From Azolla caroliniana (taxonomy: Eukaryota > Plantae > Polypodiophyta): a stretch of 64,000 nucleotides of DNA. Both the position numbers and the translations under genes were made by a program. Under the pieces are notes generated by a model. That model had not been told where the DNA came from. It saw only the letters and a program-made list of their open reading frames with translations, and made no database searches. Position 1 is the stretch's first letter, and each line of letters opens with the position of its first letter. Location of the stretch: positions 8,928,001-8,992,000 of the forward strand of contig JBHGNT010000003.1 in assembly GCA_043228905.1 (NCBI GenBank), in the 5' to 3' direction. Shown piece after piece: positions 50,452 to 64,000 of this stretch.

Positions 50452-53400
50452 CTAAGAATTAAAGAGGGAGACCTCCCCCAATATGTGTTTGTGAACCTCT
50501 TTGGGGACCTTGTAGACAATGTTGTATCCCTTAACCTTGTGCTTTGCTTGACTCATAGTGAACTTGATTGTGATGACAACGTCAACATAGATTATTGCAG
50601 TGGGTGCATCTTTTAATAATGCATACGTGTTCTTGCATTGTGGTAACTTTGCATAGTAGTTGCCATACACGACACACTCACCAATGTTGAACATGTTGCC
50701 CCAACCATCCCTCACGACTTCTTCCAATATTGTATTTCCTTGCTTGCACACCACAATGTAGTAGTCTTCAAAATCTTCATTTCGAGGAGATTTGAGCACT
50801 GCAAAATGATCTCCAACTTCCAATAATACTACCAAGTCCTCACATTGGTTGTAGTATACAATATTGTTTGCATGTTCGTCTTCCTGGATATCCACACATT
50901 GTTCAATCTCAAGCTTTTGTAGCTTCCATGGCTCCACAATTGATAGATTGGTGCATTCATCCCAAGCTTCATCTAAACACATGGAACAAAAGCACGATAA
51001 ACTGCGGAATAACAATTGTGTTGTGTCCTTGCAACTAAACCCTAAAACACAATGGGTCTTGCACGTCCCTTTCATAGTTTTACAACCATATGATTTACTC
51101 CTATCCACCTCATTAGCACCAAAATCTCTTAACATGACTTAAACCAAAATTTCCACTAATGCACGAGAGAGGACAGTAGTAAGTTATAAATTAAAAGAAA
51201 TGAACGAGAGAGGACAGTACTAAATTATAAATTAAAAGAAATGAACAAGAGAGGATAGTACTAAGCTATTGATTAGTACTAATGCATGAGAGAGGACAAT
51301 CCTAAGTTATAACTTGGTCTTAATGAACAAAGTTGGATAGTACTAAGTTAATAATTAGTAGTAATGAACATAGTTGGATAGTTCTCATGCTAATAATTAG
51401 TACTAATGTTTGTACTAATGGGCCATGACAATCATAAGTTATAAACTTGTGTTAATGAACAAAGTTGGACAGTACTAAGTTATTATTTAGTACTAAGGCA
51501 CTAGAGAGACCCATCCTAATTAGTACTACTGAACAAAGTTAGTACTAATGAACAAAGTTATAAATGAGTAGTAATGACCGAAAGAAGATGGTACTAAGTT
51601 ATTCATAAGTACTAATGCACGACAGAGGACAATGCTAAGTTACAAATTAGTACTCCTGCCTGTGGGATGACACCACAAAGTTATCAATTAGTACTTGTGA
51701 ATGTGGGATCTGAGTACTAAGTTGTAAAACATAGTCAGTACTTGTGCATGTGGGATCATAGTACTAAGTTGTAAAATAAGGGTACTTTACAAGGCGTTGA
51801 ACCGTAGTCACTACTTATGCATGTGGGATGATACTACTAAGTTGTAAAATAAGGATACTTTTCAAGGCTTTGAACCATACATACACGACTTAAACCATAA
51901 TTAGTACAAACATTTCAAGACAGTACAAACATTTCAAGATAGTATTGGTGCATGTAGTAAGAGAATTACTAATTGCATTTTATACAAACATTTCAAGACA
52001 GTACTGGTGCATGTAGTAGGAGAATTACTAATTGTATTTTATACAAACATTTTTTATGACTGTTCATATAATATTCGTACTGGTAGGAAACTCAAGCAAT
52101 AGATGATGTACTATGAAGTATTACCAAAATAGACTTCTAGTTATAAGTACCAATCATATGGAATATTTCCTTACCTTGCAATGAAGTAGAAGGACCGAGC
52201 CGCCTTAAATTGCGAGGTAGCACAATCAGACCAGACCCAATGGCGATAAAAGTTAACACCCAAGGACAATAAATCTGCGTGGTGAAGCTTAAAACAATGT
52301 TGAACAAATACCGTATCATGCTTTTTACCATCTGAAATATAGAATATTGATTTTTTATGTAACTCACCATCTTTTCTCCAATAGCAAATATGTACAAGTA
52401 TTGTACATTGGTCATTGTACCAGTGTATTGATTGAACCTCATTTTGAACTTTAAAGGTATAGTTCTCTACAAAGTCAATAACAGATACCATAACATCCAG
52501 TGGTAAGTTATTTATACATTCCTTGAACTGTGAATTTTGCCAATAACTCCTAAAGTTATGTGGAATGAACTCCCAGAGTTGCTTCTTAAACTCTGAGACA
52601 AGGGTGGCAACACATGTCTCCTTATATACTTTCTTGATACGCTTACTAACGAGACCCTTGCCTATATTTTCTGTCATATACTCTAAATATTTCCATTTCA
52701 CAATATGATAGTTATCCACATCAACCTCTTGTCTACAAAATAACGGTTGTGGGCAAACCTTAGATGTTCTGACAAGACATGTACGATCATGCCACTCAGA
52801 TGATGGTTTTTTTTCACAAACAAAAGACATCCATAACTCATAAACTGTTGCATAAGTCATGTTTCGCGCATTACATCTATTACCACTCCCATTTGGTCTA
52901 CATATCTCACAAGTGCAAACACACCCATCCCCGTGTATACCCTTAGAATTAGTACGTATATTGTTCACGCCAAGCCTTAACATGTCCATTTTAATGTGGT
53001 ACACACAACAACATGTGTTCCTCTCCTTTAACTTTCTAACAAAAAATGGTTTCAAACCTTGGAACTTGCAAAATCCAAGATTGATGCTAGGATGTTGGTC
53101 TTTGAAGTTCATGAACAATTCAGCCTACATCACTCAATAAATAGGTAACATTAATAGAATCATTTAGTAAACAACAAAAGATTTAAAACCAAATAGATAA
53201 AAAATTGAATTACCTCAGTCATCTCCAAGAAGTGTCTTGGGTGAATCTGGTACCTACCCCGACTTATACGTTGTCTACATACATCTTTTTTATTCGGTGA
53301 GACACGTGTGTTTTTTGCCCAAAAGGAACCCACTTCCTCAATAATCTCACGTGACAATGCATCACATCGTCATCTACGGCCTAACCCCAACCACTTAAAT
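50452..53400 (-). pseudogene. Sola2-like DDD transposase, intron-containing, third catalytic-Asp segment missing
   Basis: Exons ~53400-53214 and 53124-52175 (GT..AG intron 53213-53125 restores the frame), and C-terminal ~51140-50452 (RSLSCFCSMC). No HGK...DG segment is visible. Confidence 0.75.
51150..52060. repeat. AGTACT-rich degenerate intronic repeats
   Basis: Many TAGTACTAA(G/T) units, with local 41-63 bp duplications. Confidence 0.8.
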
Positions 53401-55664
53401 TGATTTGATTGATTTGTAACCTAGGTAACGGTTGGATATATTTTGGTTGTAACTATTCTTCTTGCGAATGTTGATTCTTGTTATTTGTCTCTAAGTTCAC
53501 TCTCACTCTCTCTGGTTGTCTTACACACACACACACACACACAATTTCCTTCCACTACAGGAGATCACCTACACTATCAATTTCTTTACACTCATTGTTA
53601 TACATTGTGAACTTGCAGGTATTTCTCTCTCATTTCTTATTTTCCTCTTGTTATTGTCTTTTTCACATTAAAATTATCCTTGGCAACGACCCTAACTGAG
53701 AGATGCTTGTAATGGACTTTGAATCAAGTTAAATACTAGGGTATCTCCCTTGATTTTTTCGATTGATTTTCAAATAGGAACTTTGTGGACAATGTGAGGG
53801 TATGTTCACTAATGTTGGAAAGGGACTAATGTGATTGGCTAGAAGGAATGATAGGTGCATGTACTCTCATGATGTTGACAACCAATGACTGGAGAATCTT
53901 TTAGAAAAGCACAATTATCCAAGGGGCCTAAAAAGAGGTATAAATATGAGGCTTATTTACCCTCGTTAAGTAAATTACGTTGGAAGGTTGATGTCTTAAG
54001 ACACCGGTGGTGAGGACGAGGCTTTGGTCGCGACGATTGTGTTACCTCTTCCTAGGTACTAGTCACCCTAATATCCATCGGTGGTAGGATAGAGCTTCAA
54101 TGACATGAATCAGTTGATGCCTCCGAGCTAGAAGAGCAAAGACTAGGCCCCTCACTTAATATTCTACTTCTTTTCTTTGTAACTCATCAATCCTCAACTT
54201 GTCGTGTAGATGCTCACCATAATCAAATTCCTAATTTATCTTCAAAGTTTTACACAATGGCTTGTGTCTTGAGAATTTCCACGAAGGAAAGACTTTGGGT
54301 CAACCTTCATGTGGACAAGTCCACACTATAGTTCACATGTTATCATGTGGACTCATGATGGTTACGGTTTCCCTTAGTTTGAGCATTTGTCAAATAATAG
54401 TGCTTTAGATTTTAAGAAATGTGGAGGAGCATCTTTAAATCCCACCAGACGATAAGTTACAATGTGAAGTCCAAATCTTTATTCCCTCATGATTATCCAC
54501 TTCATGTTTCAAATTCTTCTTGGAATGTTGGAGTCTAGACATTCAACTTTCAAAAAAAAGAACCCGACCATTAGATCTCCTAGTTAATATATAACATTTT
54601 TATTGCTCGTTAGACGAGTAAAAATAACATTCTCTCTTTTAACATGCACCATCTTTTCCTAGTGAAAATTGAACATGCATTTCATATTAACCTTGCATGG
54701 GCATCTGGTTTTAGCAAAGTGGTTTGTTATTGTGTCTATATTTATTGCACACTTATCTAGCCCTTAACTATTAGAGGTGAATTGTGTCCAAGGCCTAAAT
54801 TTGACGGGTTAGTATCAAAGTTTTTTGACGGGAATTTTTTAAAGATGTATGTCATATGACACAAGATTGCAAAAACTAACATGTCATTTGACATACATCT
54901 TTTAAAAATGAAATGCTCTATATAATGGTACATTGTTTTTCCCCCCCAAAAAAACACTACTTCACATTAGTTAGTAAATAGAATACAATAGAGTTTACCC
55001 GAATCCATAGTGGGATCAATAAATACAACTCGGAGGATAATGCTACATTGTTATGTATGTCATTACTATAACATAAAGATACACAAATCAGCATAACAAC
55101 CTCACAAAGGTAATTAAATACTCAAAATAAATATCATGTTAATGTTTTTACTATTTAGTATGAAGTAAAAGTTATTTTTTGGAAAAAAAAGAAGAAAAAA
55201 AGAAGAAGAAGTTTTTTCCCGAAAAAAGAGAGGAAATGTTTTGGAAAAAAATAGAGGTTCTTCTGGAAAATTTATGTTAAGTTTTGAAAAAAGGCGATTT
55301 TATTGAAAAGAAGGTGGGTTCGTAAAAAATTAAGTTTTAGCTTATAATTTAAAACATTAAAATCAAAGCTAGACTTTACATAGAGGTTTTATTTGAAAAA
55401 AAAGAGGAAATTATTTTGAAAACAATTAGAGTTTCTATTGGAAAAAGTGGTTTCTTTTTGGACAAAAAAGGTTAGTAAAGAATTATGTTTTAACTTTAAA
55501 ACATTAAAATCAAACCTAGAGATTACACTCTTAGAGTATTTAATAAGGGTTATTGTTTCAAATTCCAAATGAATCTAAACTAATAATATTATTAAAGAAT
55601 AAAGGTTTGAAAATATATATCATTATTACATGATGATGATATTATTTTAAGCATGTTATAAAAC

Positions 55665-58600
55665 TATTACATTTGTTAGGTATACCTAAAATATAGAAAT
55701 TGTTATAAATAAAGAACCTTGGAAGTGCAAACGATTCAATTAGTGAACGTTTGACATTCCAATGATTCCTATTATATAGATGCCTATTTTCCTCGAGGGG
55801 CAGACCCCAATTTTGGGAGTTAGTAATACTTATGGAGTTAATTCATTTTGGTGGTGGTAACACTTGGTATCAAAGCCTAGCAAGTTGTAAGGGCAAAGCA
55901 TTCAAAACAAACCAATACAATGAAACAAGCAATAGTCAATTGTTGTGAGAAGGTCAAGGTAATCACAAAGGCAAAAATATTTTTCTTTCTTTTTTGCGAT
56001 AATCATAATTGATGACAGAGAGAAGGCGAAGAAAAGGATTCAATTTGGATAAGCTTTGGGATGGAGGGGGATCCCTATGGGGGAGACCGCCCAAGACAAA
56101 GGTGAACAAGATGGCATAGAAGCGGAGAATGGGAGGAAGCACTTAGAAGATCGGAGATTTCCAAGAGAAGAAGAGGGATCGGTTTTGCAAACGGTGGAGA
56201 CACAAGGAAGGAGGCATGTAGAAGGCGATGGGAGGAGTTGGTATAGAGGTTGGAATCGGACAACATGCATGACCATCGCAATAATTGGGGGCCATTCAAG
56301 CCTCTCAAGCCTCAAATGTATTCAGGGGAGAGGAATTCAATAATACCCACAAGGTGGATTAGAGAAACTGAACTGTTTCTTGTCCAAAGCTAGGTAGAAC
56401 CCAATCTGTGGGTAATGGTCTCGACAAGTTTTTTGGATGGGTCAGCGCAACACTAGTATATGTTTGGAGAAAGCATGTTCGAATTCACATCCTGGACAGA
56501 ATTCAAATAGGAGTTGCGCCATTACTTCATCCCACAAAATGAACCCCTCCACATCATGGGTGAGTGGAAGATGCTAAAGCAGGGGAATGGCCAACTTACC
56601 TGATATGCAAAAAAGTACAGACAAGTGACATTGTAGCTACCACATCTCCATCAAATTACCAAGCTTAATGGGTTCCTATTTGGATTAAGGCCTCGCATTA
56701 GGATGGAGGTAGAGAAGATGAACCCACAGACTTGTGAAGAAGCCATGAGGATCGTAGAGAGGATAGGTGACATTGAAGAAAGCTCTTGATTATTCTACAA
56801 TGATCAAGGAGGCATGTTTAGCAATCGAAATTGGGCAGGAACCACTAGCTCTAATGGAAGAGGAATCGCTCGTGGGGAGCCATCGCGAACGAGTTGGACA
56901 AGTAATATAGGACGAGGAGCATCATCGACAAGCAATACAACAACACCATCACCATGTACCCCAATGGTGAGAAGGGGTTGTTTCAAGTGTGGAGGACCAA
57001 CACTTGGTGTCCGAATTCCCTAAGAAGAAACAATTGCAAATAAGCGCAACCACTTCCCATATCAACCTTTCAGAAATAGAGAAGGGGGTAGAGCCAAATA
57101 TGGATGCCGTAATAGCACAATATGAGGACGATGAAGAAGAAGCCATAGTGCGTACAAGTGCTATCACAACACACCCTACATGTTTCACAATCAAACTCAA
57201 CCATACAAGTAATTTATTCCTTAACATAAAAATTAACGGATAAAGCTGCTAAGCCATGGTGAAGAAGTGGGGTGACCCACAACTTTATCACACCTGCATG
57301 TGCCAAGAGGTGGGGATTGGAACTACAACCATTAACCAATTTGTCCATCAACTTAGTGTAGGGGTTCACAAACACATGTGCATTAGTAGCTGATGTCTTG
57401 ATAGAAGGAGAGGAATGGAAGGGCCGAACACCCTTTGTAGTAGTCAACATGGATGGCTTTGAGGTAATTTTGGGCCTGGAATGGATTGATAAATTTGCCA
57501 TTAACCAGTTTGGCAAAAAAGTGGATAAACTTTTGTTGGATAATGAGGATGGAAAAGGAGGGGTGATTGTAAGCATGCACAGAAAGCACAAAGGGAATAC
57601 AAACCACAACACAAAGGCAAAAGCAACTTCCATGGTTGGTGGCTAGTGGCCGGAGTATGAAAGACAAGTGGGGGACGAGTCCGAAGCGGATTTTATGTTA
57701 TTAGTATTAGTTATTAATTAACTAGAATTGTAATAGGGGAACGGACGGATCCAGAAAAGTTGCACCGATTTGGATCCGGGATTGATTCATAATTGGTTAC
57801 TAGTATGGCACCGTTTTGTAACAGAACCGGATGCTTATAAAAAGATCCGAAGAGCGATGTATTAAGGGACGGAATTAATATAAGTAACGTTGGCGTTAAG
57901 TTATTGTGTGTCTGCTTACTTTCCGTTCTGTGCTTACTGTTATATCTTATGCGTGTAATCAATCCGTGTTATGTTATTAATCTGGAACTGATCTAGAACC
58001 GTCAGATAGAATTATATTTGTGTCGGAAGCATTAACCCCGTAACTACCCCTTTGGTGAAGCAATCCAGAAGGACACCCTATGTTAGTGGCTAGTCCAGCC
58101 TAGGATTAACACAATGGTAGCAAGGCTATGTACAAGAAAGGTGGCAAGACTTAGAGCTTTGAGGAAGGGAGGCCAACTTTTCCTTTGTACGGACCTGATC
58201 ACAAAGCCACAAAAAACAAGAAGTAAGATTCAATTGGGTGAAGAAAGTTTTAAGAAAATAATTGAACAGTTAGATGACGTGCTAATAGGGGAATTACCTA
58301 AAGCGATGCCACCAGAAAGAGCAATGGACCACAAAATTCAGATCATACTAGGAAGCATACCACCTGCCAAAGTACCATATCGCATTAGTGCTACTCAATT
58401 AGAAGAGCTTAAACGAAAATTGCAAGAGCTGCAAACATGTGGATTTATTCGACGAAGCAAATCACCCTACGGTGCACCGGTAATTTTCGTGGCTAAGAAA
58501 GACAACAACAAGGCATGTGTATGGATTATAGATCACTCGATAAGATTACAATAAAAAGTAAGTATCCATTACCTTTAATACCTGACCGACGGGATCAGTT

Positions 58601-61327
58601 ACAAGGAGCCCAATATTTCTCTCGCATTGATTTACGATCCGGATATCATTAGATTTGAATAGCCACAGAAGATATTGAGAAAACAACATTCAGAACTAGA
58701 TATGGAAGTTTTGAATGGCTTGTGATGAGTTTTGGCTTAACTGGAGCACCCAGAACCTTTTGTAGACATGGGAATGAAATATTTCGAGATTATTTGGATA
58801 AATTTGTTATTATTTATATTGATGATCTGCTTATTTTTAGCAAGTCATTGGAAGAGCATGAACAACATGTCACCCAAGTTCTATAGAGATTACGGGAGGA
58901 TCAATTGTATGCGAAACCCGAGAAATGTGAATTTGTCGTGGGGGAGCTTGAGTTTCTCGAATTCCGAGTAGGAAGAGACGGGCTAAAGATGGATCCCGCT
59001 AAGGTGGTTCAACTATTCGGAAATGGCCACAACCCACCAAAGTAATTGAGTTACAACAATTCATTGGTTTTGTACAATACGTCATGAAGTTTATTAAGAA
59101 TTTTACTACAATTGCCACTCCACTCACAAATCTTATCAAAGGCTCACAAGCATTTAATTGGTCCGATTCAATAGAACAACATGCTTTTGACTAGTTGAAG
59201 GAGGCAGTGTGTTCTTAGCCAGTGTTAAAACTACTGGATTTCACCAGGCCTTTTGAAATTCATACTCATGCATCAGATTATGCGTATGGGGCAGTCCTTA
59301 TTCAAGATGGTCACCCAATTGCATATGAGTCAAAAACGTTTCCAGAAATAGAAAGTAGATGGCCTACCCACGAGAAAGAAATGCTCACTATAGTATATGC
59401 ACTATAGAAGTGGAGGCATTATGTGCTAGATAAATTCACAACGGTAGTGACGGATAACATATACTTGCAATATTTTGAATCACAACCAAGACTATTAGCA
59501 AAACAGATACGATGGCAAGACATGTTGGTGGAGTTTGATATAGAAATTGTGCATAAGAAGGGGAAGTTGCACACACTACTAGATGCATTGAGTAGGATGC
59601 CACGGATTCATCACATGTCCATTATCATGGTGCAAGGATGGATCAAAGAGATTTGGCAAGCTCAAGAAAATGATGCAGTAGTAAGACAATTAAGAGACGA
59701 AACGAAAAGTGGACAGACGGCTCACAGATTATACAGGTTGCATGATGGGCTATTATAGAGTGAAGATAAGGTAGTACTTCCTAATCATATACAACTGAAG
59801 GCCAAAATACTGCATGAAGTACATGATTGCCACATGGTTGGGCATGGAGGACAAAAACAAACATTAAGGGTCGCAAAAAAGTACTTCTTATGGCCTAAAA
59901 TGGAGAAGGAAATTATTGAGTATGTACAATCATGCAAAGTCTGCCAAGCAGTGAAGGCAAGGCGACTTAAAGCTTTCGGTCTACTCCAACAGATGCCGAT
60001 TCCGTCTCGCCCATGGGATGTAATTAGTATGGAATTTATTGTTGATCTACCTCCCTCCAAAGGATACAATACGTTCATGATGGTTGTGGATTTCTTCTCA
60101 AAACAAGCTCATTTCATACCTGCAAAGCCGCCTTTGATATCCAATCACGTAGCTCAATGGTTTTTCAAATATATTTTTAAGTATCGTGGATTACCAGAAA
60201 TCAACGTGTCTAACAAGGATCCTAGGTTCACGAGTGGATTTTGGCAAGAGTTGTTCATGATTTTGGGCATGCAACTCCGTATGTCAACGTCGACACATCC
60301 TCAAACCGATGGACAAACTAAGCGGCTTAATCAGGGCATTGAAGATTATATTCGTTGTTACATCAAGGTGGATCAATCAAATTGGATGCAGCATGTTGAC
60401 ATGCTTGAGTTCTGCTACAACGCAGCTATCCACTCAGAAACGGGTTTCTCTCCATTTGAGCTATCAACGGGCAAAGAAGTACTCACGTTGATTGCCTTAT
60501 TACATACTACAACCAAACCACAGGCAAAAGAGCTAGATATAGCCAAGTTTTTAGAAGAATGGAAAGAGAGAATGCAAGCAGCACAAGTGCATTTAACTAA
60601 GACAAAATCTCAAATGATAAATCAGGTCAACAAGAAACGTGAACATGTGGAGTTTTTCCCAAGAGACTTAGTATTAGTTAGTGCAGCTAATTGGTTGTTA
60701 CCTCAAGGTCTCACACCGAAGTTTAATCACACATACTATGGCCCATACAAGATAACAAAACAGATCAACGTCTCCTACAAATTACAATTTCCTACAACCT
60801 CCAAAATCCACGATGTTTTTCATGTCAGTCTACTAAAGCGTTTTCATATAGATGAAACATGGGGTCGTGAGGCAACTAATAACATGCTATGTGACCCAGA
60901 GTCCATATTAAAGGCACAAGTTCGTAGAGGGAGAAAACGCTACTTGATCAAGTGGCAAGGGTGATCATTGGCAAAAGCTTTGTGGGTTATTCAGGAGGCG
61001 CTACGGCAAGCAAGTTTGGAGTGGTTAATGGAGCTACTAAATCATAGTTAAAACGGGGGGCTAAATGTTGCCACCATGCATTAGTTTCGTGGTCCAAACT
61101 CTCACCCCTAGCGGGAGAGTGTTACATTTGTTAGGTATACCTAAAATATAGAAAGTGTTATAAATAAAGAACCTTGGAAGTGCAAATGATTCAATTACTG
61201 AACGTTTGACATTCCAATGATTCCTATTTAATAGAAGTCTATTTTCCTCGAGGGGCAGACCCCAATTTTGGGAGTTAGTAATACTTATGGAGTTTGTGTA
61301 ATTCTTACTTTAATTAAACCATGTTAT
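55665..61327 (+). mobile_element. Chromovirus (Ty3/gypsy with chromodomain) 'G'
   Basis: LTRs 55665-55862 and 61120-61327 (interrupted by H); PBS TGGTATCAAAGC 55865-55876; gag CFKCGG; RT SPYGAPV; RNase H PFEIHT.ASD; IN 59834-60964 ending in chromodomain-like PESILK...RYLIKWQG; purine tract 61110-61119. Confidence 0.92.
57644..58047 (+). mobile_element. Probable solo-LTR-like insertion in G between PR and RT
   Basis: Non-coding block with TATA (CTTATAAAA), polyA-like signal and GTAACTAC end; termini and TSD are not clean. Confidence 0.45.
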
Positions 61328-61590
61328 TGTTGAACACAGTGCTCGGCCACCACCGAGGAATAGGATCAACTCACAGAAAACAGGAAATACAAAATGCGCG
61401 AAGACAATAGAGAGAAGAGTACACAGGATGTTTTACGTGGAGAACCCTAAATGGGAAAAACCACGGGAGTCCTCAAACTCCAACTATCACTATAAACAGA
61501 GATGTACAATGGTGAAGCTACAAGGCAACAACCCTGAGCTCACTGTCTTCACCACAGGCGGCGGTAATACACAGAGGCAACGACCTCTTC

Positions 61591-61657
<67 letters not shown>

Positions 61658-64000
61658 CTGCTCACTTAGCTCCCTCTAAGTGGAAAACCAGAAAAATGAG
61701 TAACAACCCCAAAACTGTTTGCCCTAAGTCATATTTATACACATATGACTTTCGGGCTATTTACAAATATAGCCTCAAGGGCCCTTGGCAAACATATTCA
61801 CAAATATGTCCCCGCATCCGGATCTCTCTCCGGGTACATTCGTCATCCGGCTCCGTAGTCGAGGTCTTCATCATCCGGCTCCGTAGCCGGGGTCTTCATC
61901 ATCCGGCTCCGAACATCCGACCATCCCATCCGGAGGGACCGTAATCCCAACAAACTCCCCCTTCACTTCGGCATGGGATGTCTTTCCAGTCCGACCCTCT
62001 TCCGGCACGCTTCCAGCTTGTCGGGTGTGAGCACTTTGGTCAGCATATCCGACCCGTTCTCGTCCGTGTGGATCTTCGTCAGCACGAACTCCTTGTCTTC
62101 TATCCTTTCCCGGATCCAGTGATGTCTTCGCTGGATGTGCTTCGTCCGGGAGTGATAGGCCGCGTTCTTCGCAAGGTGGATGGCACTCTGACTGTCGCAG
62201 TAGAGTCGGTACTCCTCCTGCCGGATACCGAGCTCTCTAATGAAGTCCTTCATCCATATTATTTCCTTGCTGGCTTCAACAGCCGCCATGTACTCCGCCT
62301 CCGTGGTTGACAACGCAACCGTCTTCTGCAGCCTCGACTGCCACGAAACAGCTCCCCCTGCATACGTCATCACATACCCTGATGTGGACCGGCTGGTATC
62401 TGCATCAGCCGACATATCCGAATCGGTAAAGCCGTCGAGTTCGGGCTTACCGGAGCCGAATCGGAGGCACACGTTTGCCGTGCCCTTCAGGTATCGGAGT
62501 ATCCACTTGGCCGCGTTCCAGTGCTCTTTGCCGGGATTGCTCATGTACCGGCTCACCACTCCGACTGCATATCCTATGTCCGGTCTTGTACACACCATTG
62601 CGTACATCAAGCTTCCGACGGCAGAGGCATATGGTACTTTCATCATGTCCTCCTTCTCAGCCTTTGTCTTGGGGATTTGCTTGCTGGACAGCTTGCAGTT
62701 TGCCGGGAGGGTTGACCCGACCGGTCTTGCTTCCGACATGTTGAACCGGTGAAGCACCTTTGTCACGTACTTCTCCTGTGACATCCACAACTGCTTCTTC
62801 TTCCGGTCCCGGATGATGTGCATCCCTAGTATTTGCCTCGCCGGACCCAGGTCCTTCATTGAGAAGGTTCGGTGAAGCGCTTTCTTCAGCATCCGTATCT
62901 TGACCTGGTCCCGTCCGACGATCAACATGTCGTCCACGTACAGGAGGAGTATTAGAGAGTCTCCTCCTTCGAACTTCTTCACAAACACGCAGTGATCGGA
63001 CTGCGTTTTGTGGTACCCTTCGTCGGTCATGAAAGAGTCGAACTTCCGGTACCATTGCCGGGGAGCCTACTTCAGTCCGTAAAGGCTCTTCTTCAACCGG
63101 CATACCAGGTGCTCCTTCCCTTTCTTCTCGAATCCTTCCGGTTGCTGCATGTAGATCTCTTCTTCGAGGTCACCGTGAAGGAATGCCGTCTTCACGTCCA
63201 TCTGTTCTACCTCGAGGTCCATGCTTGCCGCTATGCTCAGCACCGTCCGGATGGAGGTCATCTTCACTACCGGGGCAAATATCTCGTCGAAGTCGACGCC
63301 CTTCTTCTGCTGGAACCCCTTCACCACGATCCTGGCTTTGTATCTCGGGGGGTTTCCGGCATCTCCCGGTTTCAGCTTGAACACCCACTTGTTTCGAAGT
63401 GCCCGCTTTCCTTTCGGCAACTCCACAAGTTCATATGTGTGGTTCTCATGCAGGGAATCCATCTCCTCCTGCATGGCACTTAACCACCTGCGGCTATGGG
63501 TGTCAAGTTTTGCTTCTTCAAAACTCTCCGGCTCCCCTCGTCGATTAGCAGCACGTGCTCTGGTTCCGGAAATCTCCGGGGGGCCCTTCTCTCTCTTAGA
63601 GGATATCTCCGTTCCGGAGCTTCGGTAACCGGCTCCTCCGTTTCCTCTTCATCCGAATCCATTTCGGGATCGGGGCCGGTTCCGGTATCAGTTTCATCTT
63701 CCTCGGCCGGTTATGTTTCTTCACCGTCTTCGGCCGGATCCTCGAGTGCTAACCGGTCCCTTGCCGGTCAGGACTGCTCCTCGTAGAGTTGATCCTCACC
63801 GGTCGACTTGGAGCTCTTCATCTTCTTCTCCGACTCCCAGTCGGCGAGTGTCTTGTCCTCCATGAAGATGATATCACGACTCCGGAATATCTTTTTGTCG
63901 ACCGGGTCCCATACTCGGTAGCCGAACTCGTCATCGCCGTAATCGAGGAATATGCATGGCCGGGTCTTTGGATCTAGCTTTCCTCTCCGGTCCTTTGCCA
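61328..64000 (-). mobile_element. Young Tnt1/Tork-like copia 'H': 3' LTR 61328-61952, RNase H, RT, IN tail; runs off the window
   Basis: TGTTG..CAACA LTR containing (CT)n, PPT adjacent, ORFs 61963-63030 (YVDD, ADADTSRSTSG) and 63067-63474 in one frame broken by a single TAG. Confidence 0.95.

Larger units (their letters stand above)
43898..53420 (-). mobile_element. Sola2-like DNA transposon remnant with convergent accessory gene
   Basis: Abrupt junction with F at GGGTGAAAGCACG (candidate terminus). Minus-strand transposase with DFVENY, EVQSIHW, ISDGKKHD, WSDCATSQFK. Right terminus not found. Confidence 0.65.

Noticed and set aside
53420-55664. Right terminus of the Sola2-like element or further genes
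   Set aside because: No inverted copy of the candidate TIR; low-complexity and unassignable fragments

Overview
Eukaryotic land-plant nuclear DNA, probably from a fern (inferred from the style of the PLS-class PPR gene and the TE lineages). Host content: (1) an unannotated polycistronic snoRNA locus at ~1.2-3.3 kb behind a telo-box/site-II promoter, with two paralogous C/D snoRNAs, a double-guide H/ACA snoRNA and two larger candidate structured RNAs; (2) a two-exon FLZ (FCS-like zinc finger, DUF581) gene; (3) a PLS-E PPR gene whose spliced N-terminal extension resembles an OSB-type PDF motif. The rest is mostly nested, decayed transposons: several Ty1/copia elements; a Ty3/gypsy element with a tRNA-Trp PBS, a 4-bp TSD and an apparent -1 frameshift signal (G GAU UUU plus pseudoknot) between protease and RT; a chromovirus; and a ~9.5 kb Sola2-like DNA transposon remnant carrying a convergent intron-containing coiled-coil/RING-H2 gene. 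All RNA target assignments and family names come from remembered consensus sequences, not from searches.
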